Assembly (NCBI GenBank): GCA_031554635.1
Contig: JAVBVD010000008.1
Coordinates: 23,221 to 87,220, forward strand
Direction of reading: 5' to 3'
DNA from: Bacteroides sp.
Lineage (GTDB): Bacteria; Bacteroidota; Bacteroidia; Bacteroidales; Bacteroidaceae
Length of the DNA: 64,000 nucleotides
The notes beneath the pieces were generated by a model, which saw only the letters and a program-made list of their open reading frames with translations, was not told the origin of the DNA and ran no database searches. The position numbers and the translations under genes were made by a program. The stretch's first letter is position 1, and the number at the start of each line of letters is the position of its first letter. Positions 48,829 to 58,394 of the stretch are shown here, one piece after another.

Positions 48829-48860
48829 CGTAGTACGATTCAAAAGAAATAAACACGTAA
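48829..48860 (-). promoter_or_regulatory. Candidate ECF-sigma promoter
   Basis: TTACGTGTT-N13-TCGTACTACG, 38 nt upstream of the ATG at 48790. Confidence 0.65.
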
Positions 48861-48972
48861 GCGGCGGAAGAAAAAAATAGGAGATAATTTCATATTCAAC
48901 TTTGACTTCGTCGACCGTTGGTTCGCAAGTGAATATTTATAGAGGTATTCCTATACATGGAAATGTTTTTCG

Positions 48973-49065
48973 CCCTTCCACACTCTTCAACCCTTCGCCA
49001 ATCCTTTGTTTATTGGTCTTTCGGGGTGAAGATGGAATTCTTCACTGGTGATCACCATCTTCACC
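48973..49065. repeat. Degenerate CTTCACC-rich dispersed repeat with 11-bp inverted repeat
   Basis: GGTGAAGATGG (49025)...CCATCTTCACC (ends 49065) plus several CTTC(A/G)C motifs. Confidence 0.5.
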
Positions 49066-49172
49066 TTGTCTCGTCCTGAAATTGGTTGACTCATATCGGT
49101 TATATACATGTTTCAGTACATCAGCGTAATGACTAGCAGGCTGATTCTTTGTGATTTGCTGCTTTCATTTTG

Positions 49173-49238
49173 GCGTTCCACAGTAGTGGAACGGCTATTC
49201 CATTGCTGTGGAACAGCTATTCCACGGATGTGGAACGC
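49173..49238. repeat. Tandem array, 3 x 22-bp palindromic unit (TTCCAC...GTGGAA)
   Basis: TTCCA starts at 49176, 49198, 49220; ends GCGTTCCAC/GTGGAACGC. Confidence 0.85.
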
Positions 49239-49395
49239 AACTTTGCAACTATGAAGTGACAGGAATGGTGTGTTATTTTGAAATAGAAGCCTATGGCATG
49301 ACTCTGAAACGTAACTAAGGAAATAGAATGCTGAGTTTCTTGGTATTTATCTCCTTTTTATTAGTGACCTAAATCAGGACAAGTCAATACCTTCT

Positions 49396-52182
49396 TTAAT
49401 GCTTCTCCTGCTGCTGTATGTATTCATTCGGAGTAACCCCTGTGAACTTCTTAAACGTCCGGAAGAAAGAGCTTTTCGACTTGAAACCGCATTTCTCTGC
49501 CAGCGTCACCAGCGTATATTTTTCGTGCTGCCCCGCTTTGATGGCCTGTTTCAACTCTTCTACGCGGTAAGCGTTGATAAATTCGTAATACCCTGTTTTC
49601 AGGTAATACGTAAAAATGGCCGATAGCAGATGCGAAGAACAACCGATGGCAGCAGCCACTTCCGACTGTTTCAGATCTACATTCAGGTAGGGTTTATCTT
49701 TTTCCATGTATGCTTTCAGAGCATCGATTACCTTCTGTGCCTCCTCATCGCTTAGTTTCACGTAGTTCTCAGATGATGACGATGCTTCGGCTTTCTCCTC
49801 TAGCGATGCTTCGGCAACCACTGAGTTATCCGCCGGAGTTTTGGTCGTTGCTACCATTGCAGATATTTTCCGCTTTCTCATCAGCAGATACACAAATACT
49901 CCCAGCACCAGTACTCCGCCTGCATACCATTCCCAGACACTCTTTTCTTCGATGCTGAATGCCAGTCGGTCAGCAGTACTGTCGTTCAGCATTTTGCGCA
50001 CGCGGAAGGTATAATGTCCGCCGGGAAGGTTATAAAAGGAAATCTCATTCTTCCCCATTACCTGTTGCCATGTTGAGTCCCGCCCTTCCAACCTATACTC
50101 GTAACGGGTCAACTCCGGGTTTTCATACCCCAGACTGACGAAGCGGAACGTCACATTGTTGCTATTCTTCCCAAGGGAGAGTATGGAATCGGTTTTTACA
50201 TCGTAATTGCTGGCAAAGTGTTCGCCGTTGACCAGTACTTCTGTGATACGTATGGGCGAGGCGTGGATGGCACGTTTGGGATCGGCCACCACCAAGCCTT
50301 TGGTGGTAGAGAACCACATCTCCCCTTTCTTATTCTTTTGAACGAGTGCCCCCGGGCTACAGCCTGTTTCCAGATCGATCAGGTCGTTCAGGGAAGAAAG
50401 CGAGAAATCAGCCAGCTTCTCGTCGGCTTTCACTATCCCGAAATCCGTCGCAAACCAATAAAATCCATCGGCATCCTGATTCATGCTATACGATCCTATG
50501 GTAGGCAGCAGACGGCGAAAGTTCTTCAACTCCTTGTCGGCAGTATAAACTATATTGGGCAGCAGGAAGAAGAACAACGTTCCGTCCCGCCCTTCGCTGA
50601 TGTAGCGGTATTGTCCGTCTTTGCGGATGCCTTCGGGCAGTTGCTCCTGGCTACACTTGCCAGTGCTAGCGTCGAATTGGGCCAGTCCTTTGTCCGTACC
50701 TACCCAAAAACGACCAGTAGAATCGATGTAAATACCATATACGATATTACCTGGCATTCCACTATTGGCCGTATTGTATTCCGAGACCTGCTTCGTGCGG
50801 CAATCGTAGCCATACAATCCATCCGAAGCGGCAATCCATAGTTTTCCTTCTTCATCTTCGACACACATAAATACATCGTTCGAGGTCAGACGCTCGGTCA
50901 ACGGAGTGTCTGTAAAAGTACCCGTGTGGGGATTGAAGGCAGACATCCCTCCCAAGCACGTCCCTACCAACACTTGTCCCTCGTACGGATAAAGGGAGAA
51001 GATCAGGTTAGAGCGTAGTTTCTCTGCTCCGTTCTTTTCGCTTTCGAAGAAGCGCACCGTCCCATCGCTCTCCGTGATACAGTAAAAACCCTCCCGGGTA
51101 CCGATGTAGGTATATCCGTCGTGCTGCAACGTGCTGCGAATAGCGATATCTCTGGTGGTAAAATCTTTCTTTTCATACAACCGGAAAGGCACTTGTACGT
51201 TGCGCAGGAAGTTCATCCCCAGGTAGTAATCCGTTCCACACCAGATGTTTCCCTGGGTGAGCAGAATAGAAGAGATTTTATTGGAAAGCAATCCTTTTTT
51301 CTTATCTGTCTGGTATGTAGCTGTGTACACCAATTGTTTCTTCTGCAAGGAGATCAGGCAGATGCCTTCGCCCTTTGTAGACGCTCCCAGCAGACCGCCT
51401 TCGTATGATAGTTGGGTAACCGGAACACGAATCTCTTCCCAATAGGGCGAAAAACGATAGGTTTTCAGGTCGAACGTTACGATTCCCCGCTTTTCGGTTC
51501 CGATGTAAAGTGTTTCGTTCACTCGTTGGAGACTGAGGAACCGGCCACATTCGGGCAACGTATTCGGATACGTCTTGGCGGTTCCCGACTTGGACTCGTA
51601 CAAGGCTATTCCTTTGATGGTGAGTAGCCAACTGTTGTTCGTGTCGGACACACTGATACCCATCACCTGGTTGTCGTCGGGATAGATACTTTTTACATCG
51701 ATCATGGAATGGTGAAGCTGCTTGCCGTCGTATACGTACAGTCCGTTGGTGGTTCCGATGTACAGGTGGTTTCGGCTGTCTTTTTCGAGCGCTTGTACGG
51801 GGCAGTTGATTTGTTCGGGAAACATCCGTTCGGCCAGTCGGGTGGAGTGGTTTAGCCGCCACAGTCCCCGGATATTGCCCACCCAGAGTTCGTGTCGCTG
51901 GGTTTCCATCAATGCGTTGACCAAGGAACCGGCGTATACGTTGGGTCTTCCGCCTCCCTCATATTCGTATGAAAGGTTGTACACTCCGTCGTATCGTTCT
52001 ACGGAGGTTCCGGTCCCTACCCAGATAAAGCCATCTGAGTCCTTGTAGATGCAGTGGACAAAATTATCGTTGAGTGTCCCCCTTTCCCCGCGTTGTGTGA
52101 TGGCGTAGTTTTGCCCCATCGTAACCAGGCTTGACAGGAAGAGGACGATGGTTAGTATGTGTTTTCCGATATTATTATTCAT
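49396..52182 (-). CDS. Membrane-spanning sensor/AraC regulator (beta-propellers, Y_Y_Y, one TM, AraC HTH; no kinase or receiver)
   Basis: DSDGFIWVGT-type repeats, YEYRLEG...NLPGGHYTFRV, TM WYAGGVLVLGVFVYLLM, CGFKSKSSFFRTFKKFTGVTP. Confidence 0.88.
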   Translation of the reverse strand: MNNNIGKHILTIVLFLSSLVTMGQNYAITQRGERGTLNDNFVHCIYKDSDGFIWVGTGTSVERYDGVYNLSYEYEGGGRPNVYAGSLVNALMETQRHELWVGNIRGLWRLNHSTRLAERMFPEQINCPVQALEKDSRNHLYIGTTNGLYVYDGKQLHHSMIDVKSIYPDDNQVMGISVSDTNNSWLLTIKGIALYESKSGTAKTYPNTLPECGRFLSLQRVNETLYIGTEKRGIVTFDLKTYRFSPYWEEIRVPVTQLSYEGGLLGASTKGEGICLISLQKKQLVYTATYQTDKKKGLLSNKISSILLTQGNIWCGTDYYLGMNFLRNVQVPFRLYEKKDFTTRDIAIRSTLQHDGYTYIGTREGFYCITESDGTVRFFESEKNGAEKLRSNLIFSLYPYEGQVLVGTCLGGMSAFNPHTGTFTDTPLTERLTSNDVFMCVEDEEGKLWIAASDGLYGYDCRTKQVSEYNTANSGMPGNIVYGIYIDSTGRFWVGTDKGLAQFDASTGKCSQEQLPEGIRKDGQYRYISEGRDGTLFFFLLPNIVYTADKELKNFRRLLPTIGSYSMNQDADGFYWFATDFGIVKADEKLADFSLSSLNDLIDLETGCSPGALVQKNKKGEMWFSTTKGLVVADPKRAIHASPIRITEVLVNGEHFASNYDVKTDSILSLGKNSNNVTFRFVSLGYENPELTRYEYRLEGRDSTWQQVMGKNEISFYNLPGGHYTFRVRKMLNDSTADRLAFSIEEKSVWEWYAGGVLVLGVFVYLLMRKRKISAMVATTKTPADNSVVAEASLEEKAEASSSSENYVKLSDEEAQKVIDALKAYMEKDKPYLNVDLKQSEVAAAIGCSSHLLSAIFTYYLKTGYYEFINAYRVEELKQAIKAGQHEKYTLVTLAEKCGFKSKSSFFRTFKKFTGVTPNEYIQQQEKH

Positions 52183-52230
52183 TCTCCTTTGATTTGTATG
52201 GACAAAAATAGGAAGAAATTGCAATAATTC

Positions 52231-52313
52231 CATATCCTCTCAGGATAATTCTATAACCTCCCAGAATAATTTCATAACCTCTTGGGATAATTTATTATCC
52301 TCTTATGATAATT
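52231..52313. repeat. Tandem array, 4 x 21-bp unit, same family as 3721-3801
   Basis: A(T/A)CCTC starts at 52234, 52255, 52276, 52297; first unit CATATCCTCTCAGGATAATT. Confidence 0.88.
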
Positions 52314-52339
52314 TTATGGGTTGTTGTTATTATCAGAAT

Positions 52340-52366
52340 AGAGGGTACCCTGTTCGAATACCCTCT
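52340..52366 (-). terminator. Hairpin after the susCD operon
   Basis: AGAGGGTA...TACCCTCT stem about 26 nt past the stop at 52393. Confidence 0.5.
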
Positions 52367-52392
52367 TACTCTCAATACTACCTCAAGAAAAA

Positions 52393-53265
52393 TTAATATC
52401 CTGATTCTGAAGACATGGTGGTTAATGTAGCATTCACTTTGAATATCACATCGCTGGCATCCTTGTATTCGAACTCGAAGCTGAAAGTGGAAGTAGTTGG
52501 ATCGTAGATTCCGCTTCCGGAAACTACCTGCAAATTCTTCCATCCGGCTATACTGAGCGAGTTGTCACTATTCACGGTGATTGTCAGGCCGGTACTGTCT
52601 ACATAGTCCAGTTTCTCCGTTCCGGTGTGGTAAATGCGGAGAGTATTCTTATCCACCGCCACAGCTGCCCTCATCAACGAGAACGAAGAAGTGATCTGCG
52701 TGCTTTGATTCTTGCTGGTACCTGTGTACATGTAATTATCCGAATAGGCATTGACCAACTTGATGGCCATCAGTACCGCCGTGCTTGACTTGGCAACCGC
52801 ATACTCATTGCACGACTTTACCCGGAGTGGAAGCGCATACAACGCATCGCAATCCAACCCCTCCGTATGTATCTGCACCGGAAGACGAACATACGAGTCG
52901 CCCCCTTTGATGACACAATTCATTGAAGCGATGGAATAAAAACGGGACGGTAACTTTTGATATTGCACATCGGTGCTTGAGCGGAACTTTTTGTTGTAAG
53001 TCTCTACTGCTTCTTCGTCCTCTTCCAGATACACATGTACATCCTCGCTGGGATTCAGTGAGCCGCTGGCAGCTACGGAGAAGAAGGTTTCCACTTCGGC
53101 ATTTCCCAAATCGATTTCCCGGTTTATCATACCTCCTTCTTCGGCAATGCCCACCAGGTATACCTGTTTCATGTATTGCTCTTCGTCCATTGGGCTTCCC
53201 TCGTTGCATCCCTGGAATGCCAGGCAAGCGGATGCAAACAACAAACCAACTATATATTTTTTCAT
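52393..53265 (-). CDS. DUF1735 (BT_3987/BT_3044-like) surface lipoprotein
   Basis: Lipobox FQGC, YALPLRV motif, position after susD. Confidence 0.78.
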   Translation of the reverse strand: MKKYIVGLLFASACLAFQGCNEGSPMDEEQYMKQVYLVGIAEEGGMINREIDLGNAEVETFFSVAASGSLNPSEDVHVYLEEDEEAVETYNKKFRSSTDVQYQKLPSRFYSIASMNCVIKGGDSYVRLPVQIHTEGLDCDALYALPLRVKSCNEYAVAKSSTAVLMAIKLVNAYSDNYMYTGTSKNQSTQITSSFSLMRAAVAVDKNTLRIYHTGTEKLDYVDSTGLTITVNSDNSLSIAGWKNLQVVSGSGIYDPTTSTFSFEFEYKDASDVIFKVNATLTTMSSESGY

Positions 53266-53287
53266 CTTTTCTGCTTTTAAAATGTAA

Positions 53288-55273
53288 TTACCAACCTGGA
53301 TTTTGCACCAGTCTCTCGTTCTTATTCATTACCGTTTGCGGAATCGGGAAGAAGTAGTTCTTCTGCAAGAATACCCGTTTCTCGATGTTTTCGGAGTCCC
53401 AAATGGTGCGTGTGAAGTACTTCGCCCGTTCGTTTTTCTTGGCTTTGGTGTTGAAACCAATGATTGGTACGTTGTACACCTCGGCGGCGATACCCCAACG
53501 GCGGGTGTCGTGATAACGGTATCCTTCGAGCGCAAACTCTATTTTACGTTCCAGGCGGATGGCTTCTTGCATTTTCTCCACGCTGCTCAGCTCGGCATCC
53601 GTAATACCCGGCATACCGCTACGGAAACGAACCATGTTGAAGTACTTCTTCATCTCCTCCGTGTTGCGTGTTACGGTGATGCCCGATGCTTCGTCGGTAT
53701 AGCTGCCCGTCATCTCGTTCATGGCTTCCACGTAGTTCAGCAGAATCTCGGCATAGCGGAACACGGCGAATGTCTTGGCACGGGTAGAGCCTTTCAGGTT
53801 GTCTTCCTGGTGGGTGAACTTGCGAATGGTATAGCCGGTACGGCAATAGTCGTTCTGGAAAGCCGGAGCCGGAGCGCCTGTTCCATCGGCATAATAGGTA
53901 ATCTCCACATTCGTCACATTATCGGTACCTACGTACGAGGTTCCCGGCCAGATACAATGGTTATAACCCAGCGTAGCATAGTAACGTGGTTCCCGGTTGT
54001 TGTCTATGCGTGCCATGTTGGCGCTTACAGGATAGTTGCCCGAGAAAGTGTACCCTTGCCCTATCGCATCGCCCGCATGCTCGGTATCCGGGTACGGATA
54101 GTTGGCACTGGAGTGATGGATGTCGTACCCGTCGATCATGCGGTACGAGTCGACCAAATCCATGCATACATTCATACCGTTGCCACCTCCCAATACATAC
54201 GGGGTGCCTATCCACTGCGGACTGTTGCCTTTGATGATGGCGTTGCAGTAGTAAATCAGTTCCGGATTCATGGTAGCCGGAACCGTTCCGTCGAACATCT
54301 CCTTATAGGATAAGTAAGGATCAATATCGCCTGCTCCCAGCGGGAAAGCGGAGGAAGATACAGTAGAAGGCAGTCTCAGTGTGAACTGTGTACGTGAAGT
54401 AGTATACAGAGCATACTGTCCGAGGTCGATCACTCGTTTGGCAGCCGCAGCGGCTATTCCCCAGCGGCTGTTGTCTTTCACTTGGGAGATGAAGTGCTTT
54501 CCGTCGGTGGTTTTCCAGTCGGCATAGCGGGTGTTCCCGTTGTACCAGAGACTGGCCGAATACAAACGCATGCGTGAGATAACTGCCAGGGCAGCTCCTT
54601 GGGTAGGTACATATTGGAAGACCTGTTCGCGTTCGGTAGGCAGCAACGTTGCTGCCTGACTCATGTTGGAGCAGATATAATCGACACACTCATCATATGT
54701 GTTGCGTTCCTTTGATACTTCGTCGGCACTGGCATCCACGTCGAAAGCCTGGTCGGGAAGGATGGGTACCGGACCGTACTGGCGGAGTAGACAGAAATAG
54801 AAGTAGGCACGCAGGAAATAAGCGCGTCCGGTGTAGTCGCGACGTTCCATGTCGGTGAGGTCCTTACACTCGCTGATGCGGGTCAGTACAATATTGGCCT
54901 TGCGGATGCCTTTGTAGAATTTGGCCCAGTTATCGAAATGTACATTCTGAGGCGTTTCGTTGCCCAGCAGGAAGTACATACCAGCATGACGGGCATCTTC
55001 CCAGGAAGAGAAACACTCGTCAGTTGCCAGTCCGAAGGGGAAAGTAGAGAGGGTGAAGAGCATGCTTTCGTCGGGCAGCAGAGCCGCCGTACCATTGATA
55101 TACTCATTGACACGCACCTTGCTCATGAATACCGAGTCGATCGTTGTCTTGTCGTAAAAATAACGGTCCACGTCCAGGTACGATTCACAGGAGGCCATTC
55201 CGATTACCAAAGCCATCGCTCCCAACAGGCGCAGTGCCAAGCCTTTCGTTGTATATTTTAGTTTCATAATCAA
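53288..55273 (-). CDS. SusD/RagB family lipoprotein
   Basis: Lipobox MASC, FLRAYFYF..LRQYGPVP, RYAEILLNYVEA, ERKIEFALEG, QNPGW. Confidence 0.95.
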   Translation of the reverse strand: MIMKLKYTTKGLALRLLGAMALVIGMASCESYLDVDRYFYDKTTIDSVFMSKVRVNEYINGTAALLPDESMLFTLSTFPFGLATDECFSSWEDARHAGMYFLLGNETPQNVHFDNWAKFYKGIRKANIVLTRISECKDLTDMERRDYTGRAYFLRAYFYFCLLRQYGPVPILPDQAFDVDASADEVSKERNTYDECVDYICSNMSQAATLLPTEREQVFQYVPTQGAALAVISRMRLYSASLWYNGNTRYADWKTTDGKHFISQVKDNSRWGIAAAAAKRVIDLGQYALYTTSRTQFTLRLPSTVSSSAFPLGAGDIDPYLSYKEMFDGTVPATMNPELIYYCNAIIKGNSPQWIGTPYVLGGGNGMNVCMDLVDSYRMIDGYDIHHSSANYPYPDTEHAGDAIGQGYTFSGNYPVSANMARIDNNREPRYYATLGYNHCIWPGTSYVGTDNVTNVEITYYADGTGAPAPAFQNDYCRTGYTIRKFTHQEDNLKGSTRAKTFAVFRYAEILLNYVEAMNEMTGSYTDEASGITVTRNTEEMKKYFNMVRFRSGMPGITDAELSSVEKMQEAIRLERKIEFALEGYRYHDTRRWGIAAEVYNVPIIGFNTKAKKNERAKYFTRTIWDSENIEKRVFLQKNYFFPIPQTVMNKNERLVQNPGW

Positions 55274-55285
55274 TCTGTTTTACTA

Positions 55286-58200
55286 TTAGAATTTAAGATT
55301 TGCCTGCAACGTGAATACCCGCTGCAAAGGATATACGGCTCCGTTGGCCGATGCCTGAGTGGGATCCCACAACTTGACGTTGTCCCAGCAATAGAGGTTA
55401 TCGCCGATGAGACTCAGGGTAGCTCCCTGCAAACCGATGTGACGTAGGAACGCTCCGGAGAAGTCGTAAGATATCTGCACGTTCTTCAGGCGAATGTAGG
55501 TACCGTCGGCCAACCAGAAGCTGGATGCACGGTTGTTGTTCAAATTCTCCCCGTACGTCAATCTTGGGAAGCGGGCATTGGGATTCTCGGTGGCGGTGGT
55601 ACCTGAGTACGAGGCAGGGATCCAGCGGTTGGACTCATTGGCTACGATATCGAGCACATTACCCGTCTCCCGATTGTTGAAAGGATAAAATCCGGAGCCT
55701 CCATAGAAGTAGCTCACTTGCCCTACTCCTTCGACAAACGCACTGATGCAGAACTTCTTCCAGCGGAATTCAGCGGCAAAGCCATATTGGTAGCGAGGTA
55801 CGGCGGAGTATTCGAGTGGTACAATGTCATCGTCGGTGATCCGGCCGTCGCCGTTCACATCCTTGTACTTGATATCACCTGGCATTACATTGGTCATGAA
55901 TGTTTGCTTGGGGCTGGAAGCGATGTCGTTTTCGTCTTTAAAGAGTCCCAGTGCTATCAGGCCGCGTTGCACGCCACTCTGCTGACCGATGGCCGATTGG
56001 TACGGATAGCGGATGCCACTTTCTTCGAAGTGTACAATCTCGTTGTTGGAATACGTGAAGTTGGCACGTACCGTCAGGCTGGCATGTTTGTTGACCGTAT
56101 GGGTGTAGGCAATGTTACCATCGGCTCCCCAGCTCTTCATCTCGCCTACATTGGCATAAGGTAAGGTGGTCAGTCCCATCTCTTCGGGTACGGAAGCACG
56201 CTGCTGGTAAATGCCCGAACGAACATCCCGGAAGAAGTCGACAGTGAGGTCGATGCGCTCCTTGAACAGCTTGGCATCGATACCGATGTCCATCTTCTTC
56301 GATTTCTCCCAGCGGAGGTTGTCCGAACCTACCTGATCTTCCGTCACTCCGTTGCCCGAAGCCCAGATACCTGATCCGGCATTGTTGACAAGGGTAGTGA
56401 GGTACGGGAAGCGTACTTTATTGTCGTTGCTGATGCGGTCGTTGCCCACCACACCGTACGAAGCTCTGATCTTAAAGAAGTCCAGGAAACGTACATTATC
56501 CTGCATCCATTGGTATTGTGTAGGTACCCATCCTCCTGCTATAGCTGGGAAAAGTCCGAACTTCTGTCCCTTTTCGAATGCTTCCGAACCAGTGTAGCCA
56601 AGGTTGCCTTCAATCATATAGGTATCTTTGAACGAATAGGTGGCGCGTGAAGCCAGACCAATGTAACGTTTCGGTATGGAAGCAATCAGCGTGCCGGCAT
56701 CGCCCCGGATCTCGTCGTCCATGTAGAAGTGTAGCAATCCCGTTACCCGGTGCTTTTCAGCCAACAGCCTATTGTAGTTGGCACGCGCTTCGAAATGGAT
56801 CTTTCGGGTAGCCAGATTCTCAGAAGTGTAGACGTCGTCTGCTTTCTCTACTTTCTTGATCAGGTTTAATCCTCCGTCTCTGTTGCGTCCGTCGGCATAG
56901 TACAGAGCGGGTGTTTTCAGTTGGGTTTGCAGCAGGTACGAGTAGTTGGTCATGGCGAGCAACGCTTCTACATTGAAACCTTTCACCCAGCGGTCCATGT
57001 CTTGCGTAAGGCGCAGACGGATGGTATTGGTATTGTCGAAGAATTTCTTATAACCGGTATAGTTCAGCAGCACGTACGGACTGCGTTGGTCGGCATTGGC
57101 GCCGTAAGCAGGAAGCGCTCCATTGGAGTACAGTACAGGTACCGTCACTGGGGTGAGGTTGGCCTGGGCATCCCAAAGGGCCTGGTTGTTGTCGCCATAG
57201 CCGGGGTATACATTGTTTACCATCACACTTTCGAGTCCCAATTCGATAATGGTACTCTTCGTGAGGTTGGCGTCAATGTTGGCGCGAAAGTTATACTTGC
57301 TATAACCTACGCTTGTGTCGTACTTATTGGCTGACTTGTCTTGCTTGTAGATGGCCTCTTTGTTCTGTATACCCACACTCATGTAATAGCGGGCATTGGT
57401 ACCACCTCCGGTAACACTGATGTGGTGTTGCTGGTTCCATACGTAATCTTTCAGTACTACGTCGCGCCAGCTCACATTGGGATACAGGTCAGGGTCGAGT
57501 CCGTTAGAGAACATCTCCAGGGAAGTCTGGTCGTAGATGGGTTTTCCTCCTCGTACCACAGATGCTTCGTTGGCAAGGCGTGCGTAGGTGGCACCGTCTA
57601 CATAATTGGGCAAGCGGGCCGAGTACGACAATCCCACATTGCTTTTCACGTCCACCGTAATCTTACCCGATTTACCCCGGCGGGTGGTAACCAATACCAC
57701 ACCGTTGGCTCCGCGTACACCGTACACTGCCGTGGCCGATGCATCTTTCAGTACCGTGAAGCTCTCGATATCGGCAGGGTCCAGTGTGTTCAGATCGCCT
57801 TCCACACCGTCAATCAGGATCAATGCCGAGGCGCCCGCACCAAACGTACTGATACCGCGTACCCAGAACTCGGAGAAGTCGTTGCCCGGTTCGCCGCTAC
57901 GTGTCACGGCAATTATACCTGGTACACGTCCGCCCAGCATATTGGTCACCGAAACGGCAGGTACCTGCAGGTCGGCTGGTTTGATGTTTGTCACCGCACC
58001 TACCACCGATATCTTGCGTTGTGTACCGCGTCCTACCACTACCACTTCGTCTATGGTGTTCACATCTTCTTTCAGCGATACGATTTGTTGCGATTTGGTA
58101 GCCGTAACTTTTATTTCATAGGGTGCGTAACCGATGTAGCTGAATACCAGCACTGTTCCTTTCGGTAGATTTTCGATGCGGAAATTACCGTCCAGATCGG

Positions 58201-58366
58201 AAAGGCTTCCTTTGCCCGGTTTATCCTTAAACTGAATAGTTACTCCGGGTAGCGCCTCTCCTTGCTCTGTCATCACCGTACCCGAGATCGTAAGATTGTT
58301 CTGCGCCCACATTTGCAATGTATAAGCAAACAGCAGGGAGATTATGAGATAAATTCTGTGTTTCAT
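55286..58366 (-). CDS. SusC/RagA TonB-dependent transporter (no N-terminal STN signalling domain)
   Basis: LKDASATAVYGVRGANGV plug motif, LRWEK, terminal Phe. Confidence 0.96.
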   Translation of the reverse strand: MKHRIYLIISLLFAYTLQMWAQNNLTISGTVMTEQGEALPGVTIQFKDKPGKGSLSDLDGNFRIENLPKGTVLVFSYIGYAPYEIKVTATKSQQIVSLKEDVNTIDEVVVVGRGTQRKISVVGAVTNIKPADLQVPAVSVTNMLGGRVPGIIAVTRSGEPGNDFSEFWVRGISTFGAGASALILIDGVEGDLNTLDPADIESFTVLKDASATAVYGVRGANGVVLVTTRRGKSGKITVDVKSNVGLSYSARLPNYVDGATYARLANEASVVRGGKPIYDQTSLEMFSNGLDPDLYPNVSWRDVVLKDYVWNQQHHISVTGGGTNARYYMSVGIQNKEAIYKQDKSANKYDTSVGYSKYNFRANIDANLTKSTIIELGLESVMVNNVYPGYGDNNQALWDAQANLTPVTVPVLYSNGALPAYGANADQRSPYVLLNYTGYKKFFDNTNTIRLRLTQDMDRWVKGFNVEALLAMTNYSYLLQTQLKTPALYYADGRNRDGGLNLIKKVEKADDVYTSENLATRKIHFEARANYNRLLAEKHRVTGLLHFYMDDEIRGDAGTLIASIPKRYIGLASRATYSFKDTYMIEGNLGYTGSEAFEKGQKFGLFPAIAGGWVPTQYQWMQDNVRFLDFFKIRASYGVVGNDRISNDNKVRFPYLTTLVNNAGSGIWASGNGVTEDQVGSDNLRWEKSKKMDIGIDAKLFKERIDLTVDFFRDVRSGIYQQRASVPEEMGLTTLPYANVGEMKSWGADGNIAYTHTVNKHASLTVRANFTYSNNEIVHFEESGIRYPYQSAIGQQSGVQRGLIALGLFKDENDIASSPKQTFMTNVMPGDIKYKDVNGDGRITDDDIVPLEYSAVPRYQYGFAAEFRWKKFCISAFVEGVGQVSYFYGGSGFYPFNNRETGNVLDIVANESNRWIPASYSGTTATENPNARFPRLTYGENLNNNRASSFWLADGTYIRLKNVQISYDFSGAFLRHIGLQGATLSLIGDNLYCWDNVKLWDPTQASANGAVYPLQRVFTLQANLKF

Positions 58367-58394
58367 ATTTTATTGATTTGAGTGATCGTACAAA

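Noticed and set aside
49396-52182. Hybrid two-component system
   Set aside because: No histidine kinase or receiver motifs; cytoplasmic part is only about 160 aa
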